DNA from: an uncultured virus (IMG/VR IMGVR_UViG_2648501187_000001)
Taxonomy: Duplodnaviria > Heunggongvirae > Uroviricota > Caudoviricetes
Length of the DNA stretch: 64,000 nt
Strand: one strand, 5' to 3'
Virus record (IMG/VR): IMGVR_UViG_2648501187_000001
The notes under the pieces were generated by a model. It was not told the DNA's origin, searched no databases, and saw only the letters and a program-made list of their open reading frames with translations. This document shows positions 1 to 9,840 of this stretch, piece by piece. Position numbers and translations under genes: made by a program. Position 1 is the first letter of the stretch. Each line of letters starts with the position of its first letter.

Positions 1-1
1 C

Positions 2-3000
2 CTCAGGCACGCGAGCCTGAACGCCAGCCACCTGGACAGCATGCAGGTGCTCATCGGCGCTCCCGGCCACGAGACCCCGGTAACCATGACCCGCGTGACC
101 GCCAACGGGTACGGCGACAAGGTTGGCGAATCCTCCGACACGATCGCCACCAGGGTGTCCAACCCGAAACCCGCGGACAGGGAGGACTCCGACCATACAG
201 GCCAATGGGAGACGTACACGGGAACCGTGACCGTGCCCGCTGGGCGGCCGGTCACCCGGTTCACGTTCCGCAACGTGTCGTCGAAGAGCGCATGGAACGG
301 CAACCTCATCGACGACATCGCGTTCACGAAAGCCCGCAGGCTCGACTATGACGCGAACGGGGGAACCAAAGCGCAGGCCAGCCAGATCGGCTACAGGACC
401 GACGCGACCCAAGGCGCGGTGGAGACCGTCGCATCCAAGACCCTTCCCACCGAACTGGTGAACGGTTCGTTCGATTATCTGCTGGATGGCGGTTGGGATA
501 CTATCAGCCCGGTAGGTCGTGGCGGATACGCTGATGACCGTGGTTGGGGCAGGTTCACAAGTGTGGACCCCGCTAGCGGCGAATACATCCAGAACGCCGG
601 ACAGAATCCGGCAACATTCGATTCCACCGGCAAGTGGGTGAAGTGGCCCGGTTTCGATGCTGCGAAGTTCGGCTGGGCTTCGGACCAAAAGGGCGGACAG
701 CCGCAAGGCGGAGTCGGGTTGACCGACCGGCCCAATGCGGTCGAATTGCAGCAGGATTCCGTGACAGGCAACACGTATGCGGAGATCGTCGGCTCGGAGA
801 GGGGCAAGGCGATCCTACAGAAGATCGACACGCAGCATGATTCGGACACCGTATACACGGTGCGTTTCGACCATGCGAGCCTGTCCAAGGAGCACGCGGA
901 CTCGATGCAGGTTTTGGTCAACGGCAAGCCCGTGACCATGACCCGCGTCACCAGCAACAAGGCGGGTGACGAACAGGGTTGGACCGGTACGAGCATCACC
1001 ACGCACGCGACCAACACCAACCGTTTCCAGCATGACGGCCAGTGGGCGACCTACGAGGGCAAGGTCACGATCCCGGCGAACACGCCTGTCAGCACGTTCA
1101 CTTTCAAAGCCCTGAACGCCGTGGACCCGACCAAGGGCAACCTGATCGACAATCTGACGTTCAAGATCGCATACAGGCTCAGCTACGACTCGAACGGCGG
1201 AACCAAGAAACAGGCCAGCCGGATCAGCTCGAAGACCTTCGGCAAGGCGAAGACCGCGAGGACGGAGGCCATCGCCTCCCGCGCTTCGGGTGACGAGCTG
1301 GCCGTGAACGGCGGGTTCGACACCCCGAAGTGGACGATCGCCAAGGAGGGGCAGGGCCTGCCCTGGGTGTATGTGACGCCCAATGCGGGCACGATCCGCT
1401 CCTACGCGCAGGCCATGGCCGGACAGACGGGCGTGAAGGCCGGCGGCCTGACCGCCGCCACGTTCGCCTGGCAGGATCTCGATGCCATCGGCAGCATCCA
1501 GAACTTCGAACTGCATCGCGAGAAGGACGGGAACACGGCCGCCGACGTGCACGCGGGCCGTACCGTCGCCCAGACCGTGAACACGACGCCCGGCGCCAGC
1601 TACACGTTCAGCATCCGCCACTCCGGCCGCTCCAAAGGCAACGCGGGCGGCGTGACCCTGCTCACCGGCCCCGACAAGGATCACCTCACACCGGTCAGGC
1701 TGACCCGCACCACGGTCTCCAAGACCGGCCAGAAGTACGGGGACAAGACCGGCGATGTGGGAACCGTCGCCTACACGCACTCCGATTCCATGGACGCCAC
1801 GGAAGGCAGCCACGACCCGTGGGACCATTCCGACGACTGGGAATCCTACGAGGGCACGGTCATTATCCCAGCCGGACAATCCCGCACGATGATCGCCTAC
1901 AGGGGCGTCGCCAAGGACGGTACTCTTACTGCCGCCGCCAATGACAGCATCATCGACGACCTGAGCTTCCGCCTCGCCTACAAGCTCAGCTACGACGCGA
2001 ACGGCGGGGCCAAGAAGAGCACGTCGCAGATCAAGGCATCCTCCGACGGTACCGTGAAATCCATCGCCGACAAGACCTCCAAGGTTCCGGTCCATGATCT
2101 GGAGGACACGGACGTGCCCGGCCAGTACCGTGATTTCATCCTCGACACCACCAAGGTCAAGTTCTCCGATGTGAAGTTTGAGAATGGTGCATGGTTGAAC
2201 GCGCCTATGCCGGACTCCGGCGACGGCGCAACCGCCATGTTCCCGTTGAAGATTGGTGCCAGCGCCACCCTGCCGAATGTCGGCGAGTGGACCGATGGCG
2301 GCGGGCACACCCATTCGATCAACGCGGTCATCTCGCTGCATTCGTGGAACGGCGGAAGCATCAGCCAACTGTGGACCCGCGTGGAGGGTGAACTCTCCAC
2401 GCGCAAGGATTTGTTCTGGATCAACACCGTCGGCAGGAACTTCGACCTGCCGGCGCAGGTGATCAAGGCACTCGGCGGCATCGACACGTCGAAGCGCGTC
2501 GGATGCCAGTGGACCGTGAACTTCACGTACGAGGACGGCACCCCTGTGCCCGACACGTTCCGTGGAGTCACCGGTTTCAACGATCTGGACGGCTGGGACG
2601 CTCAACCCGATCTGAAGTTCGAGGGTGTTCAACTGGTCTCCGGCTTCGACGGTGCTTACAAGACCCGCGATGCCGAGCTCGCCACCTATGGGGTCAACGG
2701 TTTCGCAGGCGCCAAGCATGACTCGGGCCCTGAGTCGAACCTCGATGGCAAGCAGCAGGTCAAGCATCGTCTGGCCGCCACGTGGACCGGCTCTAGCTTC
2801 ACCTTCGGCTACGATCTGCAGAACCCCGAGGGACGCGATCGCGGCAGCCGAATGACCTTTGGTGTTCCGGTGACCCGCACCCAGGTCCTCACCTACAAGG
2901 CGAACGGCGGAACCGGCCAAGTGCCCTCGCATACCGAGGCAGGCAAGGTGGAGTCCGCTTCCGTCAAAACCGCCGGCAGCGTGCATGCCATCTCCGATGC

Positions 3001-5518
3001 CACCGATACCACCGGTTCCGCTGAGGGCAAGGCCGTGTCGGGTGTACTGACGGACACGACGGTTGATGCCGGTGACGGGACCAGCCAGCGGACGATCACC
3101 CGATCCGACGGTTCCGTGCGCGTGGAGACGATCGCCGACACGGGCGCCGTATCCGGCTGCCAGGTGTACTATCCGGCCGGCGTCAGGATCACCCTGGCGA
3201 CCGCGAAAGCCGACTCCGACTGCTGGGATTCCAGCCAGATCAGCAAGACCAACCGCACGTTCTACGGGTGGAGCGCGAACACGGACGCCAACGACAAGGA
3301 CGTGCCCGTCGCCGACACCATGGACCGCGCCACCCTGGATGCGAACGCGGAAACCCAGATCACCATGCCGGCCAGGGCGAAGACCGTATACGCGTTGTGG
3401 GCCATCAACCCGACCCTCACCTATGACGTGAACGCCCCGGCTGGCACAAACGCCCCCGTCGCCCCGGCATCCAAGACCGTGCCCTACAACACGGCCGCCA
3501 CGGATACGAGCGGCTGGGTCGCGGGCGATGCGGGCAAGATCACCGGATACACGTTCCAGGGCTGGTATACAGGCAAGGACGGCGCCGCCAAATATGATTT
3601 TACCGCCAAGCTCACTTCCGATGCGACCGTATACGCGAAATGGACGGCGAACGCCTGCACCGTGAAATACGATGCGGGCGGAGGCCAAGGCAGCATGCCC
3701 GACCAGAAGTTCACGTTCGGCGTGCCTCAGAACCTGACCCGCAACACGTTCACCCGCAGCGGGTGGGCGTTCACCGGCTGGAAGCGCGCCGACACCGGCG
3801 ACGCATATCAGGATGGCCAGCAGGTCGCCAACCTGATATGCACGCCCAACGGCGGGGCCCCCTTTGTTGCCCAATGGACGCCCAACGCGGCCGCCATCAA
3901 CTACAACGCGAACCCGCCGGCTGGCAGGACCGCAGGCGGCCAAGGCACGGCCAACTGGACCGGCCACACCGGCGACACTCAGGCCATCGGAGCGAACGGC
4001 TGGACGCTGGACGGCTACACGTTCATCGGCTGGAACACCAGCGCCGACGGCAAAGGCACGGCGTACGCGCCCGGCACCACGTGGACCGCGAACGGCACGC
4101 TGACCCTGTACGCGCAATGGACGCCCGGCCAGGCCGGCCTCACCTACGACGGCAACGGCGCGACCGGCGGTAAGACCGACCCTCAGCCGGGCAAGACCGA
4201 CGAGAAGATCAACGTCCGCGACAACGGGTTCACCCGCGACGGATACACGTTCGTCACGTGGAACACCCAAGCCGGATGCAAGGGCAAGGCCGTCGACCCG
4301 GGCGACGAGTGGACGCTGCAAGGTTCCGGCACCCTGTACGCCTGCTGGGCCGGTACCGTGCAAAACCTTGCCTATCACGGCAACGGCGCGACCGGCGGCA
4401 ACACGGCTGTACAATCCGGCAAGACCGGTGACGAGCTGACCACAAACGCCAATGGTTTCACCCGCGACGGATACACGTTCGTTCGTTGGGACACCGCCAA
4501 GGACGGTTCCGGCACCGCATACGGCGAAGGCAAGAACGGCGTCAGCCAGTACACGATGAAGCCTGCAGGCAACGACCTGTACGCCATCTGGAAGGCGAAC
4601 CCGGCCAGCATCGTCTACCGCAACGGCTACCCGAACACCACAGGCAGCACGCCCGACACCACCGGCAGCACGGGAGACACGGTCACCGTCAGCCAGAACG
4701 GTTTCGACCGTCCCGGCTACACGTTCACCGGATGGAGCACCAGCAAGCGCGGCGATCCGAGCCTTAACCCCGGCGACAAGCACACGCTGGAACCCGGCAC
4801 CACCACCGTGTGGGCCCAGTGGAAGGCCAACCCCGCACACTTGGTGTACAACAGCAACATCGGCGGCATTGGCTCGGAAACCAGGACGGTGGACGGTGTC
4901 GTTGACCAGACCGTGAAGACGATCGGCAATCCGTTCGACCGTCCCGGCTACACGTTCTCCGGATGGAACACGCAGGCCGACGGCAAGGGCAAGGCATACG
5001 ATCCGGGCGCGGACTGCACGCTGACCGCGAACGACAAATCCACGCCGAAGAACACCTCGGTGCTCTACGCGCAATGGACGATCAACAAGGTCACGTTGAA
5101 GTTCGACCCGAACGGCGGCGTGGGTGGATACCCATCCATCAACACGGACGCATTCGGTTCGGTCACCATCCCCAAGGATGCCAAGGAGCCGAAGGTCACA
5201 CGCCCCGGCTTCCGCTTCACCGGCTGGAGCCTGAAGAAAACCCCGGACAAGGATGAGACCCTGCTGACCCCCGGCAAGGATACGGTCAGCATGCCGGCCG
5301 AAGGCGAGGTCACCGTATACGCGCAATGGGAGCCGGCCATGACCACGCTCCCGTTCACCGGCGGCAACGCTCAGATTCCGACCATCTGGCTGTGGGCCGG
5401 CCTCGCGTTCCTGATCATCGCGGCAGGAGCCTTCTCCCCGATGATCCGACTGCGCATGGGAGCCGGCAGCAAAGGCCGTCACGCCGGAACGCCGACCATT
5501 GGAAGGCATTCCCGGTGA
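2..5518 (+). CDS. Large cell-wall-anchored adhesin with InlB B-repeats (Listeria-Bacteroides repeats); 5' end lies upstream of the window
   Basis: The frame is open from base 2 (LRHASLNASHLDSM matches the internal repeat FDHASLSKEHADSM). It has three N-terminal beta-rich repeats ending GNLIDD/NDSIIDD and many YxxNGG...GYTFxGW...LYAQW repeats. The C-terminus is LPFTG + TM + basic tail. Confidence 0.85.
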   Translation, partial: LRHASLNASHLDSMQVLIGAPGHETPVTMTRVTANGYGDKVGESSDTIATRVSNPKPADREDSDHTGQWETYTGTVTVPAGRPVTRFTFRNVSSKSAWNGNLIDDIAFTKARRLDYDANGGTKAQASQIGYRTDATQGAVETVASKTLPTELVNGSFDYLLDGGWDTISPVGRGGYADDRGWGRFTSVDPASGEYIQNAGQNPATFDSTGKWVKWPGFDAAKFGWASDQKGGQPQGGVGLTDRPNAVELQQDSVTGNTYAEIVGSERGKAILQKIDTQHDSDTVYTVRFDHASLSKEHADSMQVLVNGKPVTMTRVTSNKAGDEQGWTGTSITTHATNTNRFQHDGQWATYEGKVTIPANTPVSTFTFKALNAVDPTKGNLIDNLTFKIAYRLSYDSNGGTKKQASRISSKTFGKAKTARTEAIASRASGDELAVNGGFDTPKWTIAKEGQGLPWVYVTPNAGTIRSYAQAMAGQTGVKAGGLTAATFAWQDLDAIGSIQNFELHREKDGNTAADVHAGRTVAQTVNTTPGASYTFSIRHSGRSKGNAGGVTLLTGPDKDHLTPVRLTRTTVSKTGQKYGDKTGDVGTVAYTHSDSMDATEGSHDPWDHSDDWESYEGTVIIPAGQSRTMIAYRGVAKDGTLTAAANDSIIDDLSFRLAYKLSYDANGGAKKSTSQIKASSDGTVKSIADKTSKVPVHDLEDTDVPGQYRDFILDTTKVKFSDVKFENGAWLNAPMPDSGDGATAMFPLKIGASATLPNVGEWTDGGGHTHSINAVISLHSWNGGSISQLWTRVEGELSTRKDLFWINTVGRNFDLPAQVIKALGGIDTSKRVGCQWTVNFTYEDGTPVPDTFRGVTGFNDLDGWDAQPDLKFEGVQLVSGFDGAYKTRDAELATYGVNGFAGAKHDSGPESNLDGKQQVKHRLAATWTGSSFTFGYDLQNPEGRDRGSRMTFGVPVTRTQVLTYKANGGTGQVPSHTEAGKVESASVKTAGSVHAISDATDTTGSAEGKAVSGVLTDTTVDAGDGTSQRTITRSDGSVRVETIADTGAVSGCQVYYPAGVRITLATAKADSDCWDSSQISKTNRTFYGWSANTDANDKDVPVADTMDRATLDANAETQITMPARAKTVYALWAINPTLTYDVNAPAGTNAPVAPASKTVPYNTAATDTSGWVAGDAGKITGYTFQGWYTGKDGAAKYDFTAKLTSDATVYAKWTANACTVKYDAGGGQGSMPDQKFTFGVPQNLTRNTFTRSGWAFTGWKRADTGDAYQDGQQVANLICTPNGGAPFVAQWTPNAAAINYNANPPAGRTAGGQGTANWTGHTGDTQAIGANGWTLDGYTFIGWNTSADGKGTAYAPGTTWTANGTLTLYAQWTPGQAGLTYDGNGATGGKTDPQPGKTDEKINVRDNGFTRDGYTFVTWNTQAGCKGKAVDPGDEWTLQGSGTLYACWAGTVQNLAYHGNGATGGNTAVQSGKTGDELTTNANGFTRDGYTFVRWDTAKDGSGTAYGEGKNGVSQYTMKPAGNDLYAIWKANPASIVYRNGYPNTTGSTPDTTGSTGDTVTVSQNGFDRPGYTFTGWSTSKRGDPSLNPGDKHTLEPGTTTVWAQWKANPAHLVYNSNIGGIGSETRTVDGVVDQTVKTIGNPFDRPGYTFSGWNTQADGKGKAYDPGADCTLTANDKSTPKNTSVLYAQWTINKVTLKFDPNGGVGGYPSINTDAFGSVTIPKDAKEPKVTRPGFRFTGWSLKKTPDKDETLLTPGKDTVSMPAEGEVTVYAQWEPAMTTLPFTGGNAQIPTIWLWAGLAFLIIAAGAFSPMIRLRMGAGSKGRHAGTPTIGRHSR

Positions 5519-5520
5519 GC

Positions 5521-6486
5521 ATGGCCGTAGCGACATCGCGGGACGTGTGGGAGTCCATGCGTCTCGCCGTCGATGACAGGCGGGCCCGTGACAACCGGGC
5601 CCGCCTGCTCATCCGCCGTTCACGCGTATACGCCACCGCCGCTCTCATCTGCGTGGCATTGGGGCTGATACTCATTGGCATGCCCCGAATCCAGCAGCTC
5701 ATCGGAGATAGGGAGACCGACGCTCAGGCCCGTTCCGTCAGTCAGTCCGCATCACTGTTTCCTGAGGGTAGCCGTCAGAGCGCGATCAAATCAGCAATCG
5801 AATACAACCAGCGACTTTACGAGTCGGGACAACCTCAGATCGGCGAACCTGTTTTTGATGGAAAGGTCAGGGGAAACTTCGAGGGCGACGACGAATACCG
5901 GCGCCAACTGTCCGTCAACGGGTTGGACGCGATGGGTGAACTGCTGATTCCGAAAATCAGTGTGGATCTGCCTATCATGCACGGCGCGAGCCAGGATGTG
6001 CTCGAACATGCTGCGGGTCATCTGGCTGGCACGAGTCTGCCTGTCGGAGGCAAGAACACTCGTGCCGTGATTACCGGGCATTCGAACCTGAAGGGGGCGA
6101 CCCTGTTCACCCGGCTCGGGGAACTCGATGAGGGGGACCCGTTCTATATCAAGGTCATGGGCAACACGCTCGCCTACCGGGTCAACGACATCCGCATTGT
6201 CAGCCCCACGGACACGAAGGTGTTGAAGATCCGGAAAGGACGGGACGAGGTCACGCTGCTGACCTGCACCGGGCAGGGCAACACGCTCCGTCTCCTCGTC
6301 ACCGGGGAACGCAACAGCATGCCCGACCAGGCCCCATTGCCCGGCGATGCGCCGAGCGACACGAAACAGGCGATCGTCATCTCGCTGATCGTCATGGCCG
6401 GCGTGCTGATCAGCGGGTTCGCGGCCTGCCGCAGCCGGGATGTGTTCGGCCGGCATGTTGGAGGTCATGGGAACGGACGTCGATAG
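5521..6486 (+). CDS. srtC: Class C sortase
   Basis: Motifs GHLAGTSLPVGG, AVITGH, VTLLTC and RLLVTGER; N- and C-terminal TM segments; start placed just after the adhesin stop. Confidence 0.92.
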   Translation: MAVATSRDVWESMRLAVDDRRARDNRARLLIRRSRVYATAALICVALGLILIGMPRIQQLIGDRETDAQARSVSQSASLFPEGSRQSAIKSAIEYNQRLYESGQPQIGEPVFDGKVRGNFEGDDEYRRQLSVNGLDAMGELLIPKISVDLPIMHGASQDVLEHAAGHLAGTSLPVGGKNTRAVITGHSNLKGATLFTRLGELDEGDPFYIKVMGNTLAYRVNDIRIVSPTDTKVLKIRKGRDEVTLLTCTGQGNTLRLLVTGERNSMPDQAPLPGDAPSDTKQAIVISLIVMAGVLISGFAACRSRDVFGRHVGGHGNGRR

Positions 6487-6500
6487 CCATCCCATACGGA

Positions 6501-6553
6501 TCAAGGACCCGTCTCATCCGTGATGTTGCTTCGCGGATGAGACGGGTCCTTGA
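6501..6553. terminator. Inverted repeat between convergent genes
   Basis: TCAAGGACCCGTCTCATCCG ... CGGATGAGACGGGTCCTTGA. Confidence 0.75.
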
Positions 6554-6576
6554 TGTTCCCGGCGGATTGGAATCCG

Positions 6577-9501
6577 TCAGTCGTTCACATGCCATCCGTC
6601 CGCATGCTTGGCGGCACGCACCCTCACGAGCACGCAGCCGGCGCCCGCGATGGTCATGATCGCCGCCAATGTGGCGATTGCGGTGGTGTCCGAGCCGGTG
6701 GAGGCCAGACCATTGTTCGTCACGCCTGCGGCCTGCTTCCTGGCCTGTTCGGCCTTCTGCTTCTTGGCTTCGGCATCCTTCTTGGCTTGGTCGGCCTTCT
6801 TCTGGGCTTCCTGCTGCTTCTTGGCTTCCTCCTCGGCCTTCTTCTGGGCTTCGGCTTCGGCCTGCTTGGCGGCGGCGAGCTCCTTGTCGGACGCCTGCTT
6901 GTCGGCGAGCTTGGCGTCATAGTCGGCCTTGGCGTTGGCGTATGCCTTGTCGGCCTCATCCTTGGCCTTGTTCGCCGCGTCCAGCTTGGACTGAGCTTCC
7001 GTCAGCTTCGCGTTCGCCTTCTTGAGGTTCTCCTCGGCGTTCTGCAGACGCTTGATGGTGTTCTGGGCGTCGTGGAGCTTGCCGGTGGCCGTGTTGAGGT
7101 CGTCCTTCGCCTTCGCGTATGCGGCCTTGGCGTCGGCGATGGCCTCGTCGGCGGCCTTGACCTGCTTGTCGGCGGCTTCAACCTTCGCGTCGGAAACGGT
7201 CTTGGCGTCGAGCGCGGCCTGCTTGGCCTTCTCGGCCTCGGCCTTCGCGGCCTTGGCGGCGGCCAGGTCGGCTGCGGCCTTCGTCTTGTCCGTGTTGGCC
7301 TGCTTGATCGCGGCTTCCGCATCCGTCTTGTTCCTGGCGGCGGTTTGGGCCAGCTTGTCGGCGGTATCGATCTTCGCCTGTGCGGCGGCGACTGCCGTGT
7401 TCGCCTTGTCCACTGCCGTCTGGGCTGCGGTCTGGGCGTCGGTGGCGGTGGCGGCTGCGGTCTGGGCTTCCTTGGTGGCCTGCTGGGCGGCGGAGTACGC
7501 TTCGTTCTTCGCCGTCTGATCCTTCCTGGCTTCCTCCAACGCCTTGGCCTTGTCCTCGTTCGCCTTCACGGCCTCGTCATACGCTTTCTGCGCCTCGTCG
7601 GCGGCAGCCTGCAAATCCTTGGCCTTCTGAGCGGCCTGCTGGGCTTCCTCGGCGGCCTTTTGCGCGGACTGCTGGGCGGCGGCCAGCGCCTTGGCCGCGG
7701 CGGAGGCGTCCTGTGCGGCCTGCTTGCTCTTGGACAATGCGGCCTGCCAGTTCGCGTCCGCGTTGGTCAGCGAATCACGCCATGCGGTCAGATCCGCCAG
7801 ATACGCGTCCACGTCCATGACACGCCCCGACTGGTCGGGGGCCGCGTACTGGAACGTCTGCCCGTGCGTGGTCCCGTAGCCGAGCGTCCCGTTCTGGCTG
7901 ATCGCGAAACCGGTGACCGTGTAGCCCTTGTTGACGACATTCAGATAATGGCCGGTCTCGCCCACCGCGTTCCCGTCCTTGTCCTTGCCGTCCAGCACGC
8001 CGTCGGTCATGTCCTTCTCGTAATTGGCCTTCTCGGTCGTGTACCAGCCGTCGAACGGGTCCTTGTAACCCCAGGCCATGTTCTCGCCGACGTCGAACTG
8101 GCCGGAATGGCCGATGTTGTCGTCGGACCAGTCGACGTTCGCCATGCTCATCGCCATGAGCGTGTCCGACACCTTCAACGGGGCCAATCCCTCCTTGGCG
8201 CGAAGCTGGTTGATCTCCTTGATGAACGCGAGGGACGCGATCATGTTGTCGATGCTGGTCGCGTCGCCCTTCTGGCCGTTCTTGATGCTGGACAGGTAAA
8301 GCGTCGTGTCCTCGTCGGTGAGGACCTTGACCGCGTCGGACGCGTTCCTGTCGCCGAAGTAGGCGACGGCGCCCTGCGAGAGCTTCGACTGCGCCTGGTC
8401 GGCGATCTGCTTCAGCCGGTCAGCCTCGGCCTTCGCCTGTTCGGCGGCCTGCCGTTTCGCCGTGGCGTTCGCCGAAGCGTCGGATGCCGCCTTGTCGGCC
8501 GCCTGCTGCGCCTGGTCGGCCTTCTGCTGGGCGGCGGCGGCATCGGCTGCGGCCTTCTTCGCGGCCTTGAGCTTCGCGGCCAGGTCGGAAAGACCTCCAT
8601 CATCCTTGGACAATTGCTCGACCTTGGCATCGGCCTTCTGCTTGGCTTCAAGCGCCTTGGCCTCGGCCTGCTCGGCCGCGGCCAGCTTGGCTTGCGCGGC
8701 GTTCGCCGCCTCGTCGGCCTTCGTCTTGTCGCCGGTCGCCGTGGCCTGCTGCTTCTTGGCTTCGGCCAGCTCCTTCTCGGCGGCGGCCTTGTCGCTCGCG
8801 GCCTGCTTTGCGTCCGCGTCGGCCCGGTCGGCCTTCTTCTGCGCATCACTGATGGCGGTATCCGCCTGATCGGCCTTCTTCTGCGCGTCCGTGGCCTGCT
8901 TGTCGGCCGCATCGATATCGGTCTGGGCCTTGTCGGCGTCCTTCTGATGGGAGGCGGATTCGGCGGAGGCCTCATCCTTCGCGGTCTGTGCGGCCTGCTT
9001 GTCGGCTTCTGCCTTCGACTGGCCGTCGGAGGCCTGCTGCATGGCCTTGTTGGCGTCGTTGATGGCGTTGGAAGCGTTGTTCGCGGCCTGTTGGGCGGCG
9101 GCGATCTTGTCGGCCGTGTCGGTCGCATCCTGTGCGGCCTGCTGCTGGGCCTTGCTGGCGTCGTCGTAGTTCGCCTGCGCCTGCTGCTGGTTGTTTGCGG
9201 CTGTCTGCTGCTGGGCGGCGGCGTTGTCGAGGTTCTGCTTGGCGGTGTCCAACGCGGCTGCGGCGGCGTCGGCCTTGGCCTGCGCCTCGGTCACGCCCGT
9301 CGGGGATGCCTGCGCGATCGCCTGATTGGCTTCCGCCGTGCTCTGCTGGGCCTGTGCGACGCTGTCCTGCGCCTGCGCGATCGCCTGACCGGCCTGATCG
9401 CCCGTGGTCGTGGTCTCGTCGGCCATGGCGACCGCGGGGGCGGCGAGCGTGGCGAGCGTGGCCGTCGCGGCCACCGCGACTGATGTGAGTTTGCGTGACA
9501 T
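6577..9501 (-). CDS. Surface protein with a CAP (SCP-like) domain between long Ala/Lys/Gln coiled coils, LASTG anchored
   Basis: Signal peptide; INQLRAKEGLAPL, GENMAWG, WYTTEK and GHYLNVV motifs; C-terminal LASTG + TM. Confidence 0.85.
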   Translation of the reverse strand: MSRKLTSVAVAATATLATLAAPAVAMADETTTTGDQAGQAIAQAQDSVAQAQQSTAEANQAIAQASPTGVTEAQAKADAAAAALDTAKQNLDNAAAQQQTAANNQQQAQANYDDASKAQQQAAQDATDTADKIAAAQQAANNASNAINDANKAMQQASDGQSKAEADKQAAQTAKDEASAESASHQKDADKAQTDIDAADKQATDAQKKADQADTAISDAQKKADRADADAKQAASDKAAAEKELAEAKKQQATATGDKTKADEAANAAQAKLAAAEQAEAKALEAKQKADAKVEQLSKDDGGLSDLAAKLKAAKKAAADAAAAQQKADQAQQAADKAASDASANATAKRQAAEQAKAEADRLKQIADQAQSKLSQGAVAYFGDRNASDAVKVLTDEDTTLYLSSIKNGQKGDATSIDNMIASLAFIKEINQLRAKEGLAPLKVSDTLMAMSMANVDWSDDNIGHSGQFDVGENMAWGYKDPFDGWYTTEKANYEKDMTDGVLDGKDKDGNAVGETGHYLNVVNKGYTVTGFAISQNGTLGYGTTHGQTFQYAAPDQSGRVMDVDAYLADLTAWRDSLTNADANWQAALSKSKQAAQDASAAAKALAAAQQSAQKAAEEAQQAAQKAKDLQAAADEAQKAYDEAVKANEDKAKALEEARKDQTAKNEAYSAAQQATKEAQTAAATATDAQTAAQTAVDKANTAVAAAQAKIDTADKLAQTAARNKTDAEAAIKQANTDKTKAAADLAAAKAAKAEAEKAKQAALDAKTVSDAKVEAADKQVKAADEAIADAKAAYAKAKDDLNTATGKLHDAQNTIKRLQNAEENLKKANAKLTEAQSKLDAANKAKDEADKAYANAKADYDAKLADKQASDKELAAAKQAEAEAQKKAEEEAKKQQEAQKKADQAKKDAEAKKQKAEQARKQAAGVTNNGLASTGSDTTAIATLAAIMTIAGAGCVLVRVRAAKHADGWHVND

Positions 9502-9840
9502 GTTCGAATCCTTTCTTCCGGAGTCACCCCCATTCTAGGAGGGGGGATGCGTGTCCGGCGGCCCCGGTCCGGAATCCGGCCCATAGACCCGCCGGCATGC
9601 CGTATGCGTCCCGGACGCATCTATCTTGACGGGCATGTCCACGCCCGGCCAACTGCCCGCCCCAGGCATGCCCGTGCTCGCCTCCCCGGCGGCATTGCCC
9701 GGCTGCGCGCCCACGATGCGCGTCGCGTCGGCGCGCATCGTCGAACGGCATCGGCATGATCCCGGCGTCCGAGTCTCATACGATCCGGACGGGCGCATGG
9801 ACGAATCCTACAGGCCTGCCCTGCCGCCCGTACGCCTTTC

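Noticed and set aside
815..9483. Very long opposite-strand ORFs (815-5536, 6550-9483; also 40849-44295, 29705-33136 and most of 19165-24375)
   Set aside because: These are shadow ORFs of high-GC genes; they lack motifs, and the other strand encodes recognisable proteins.
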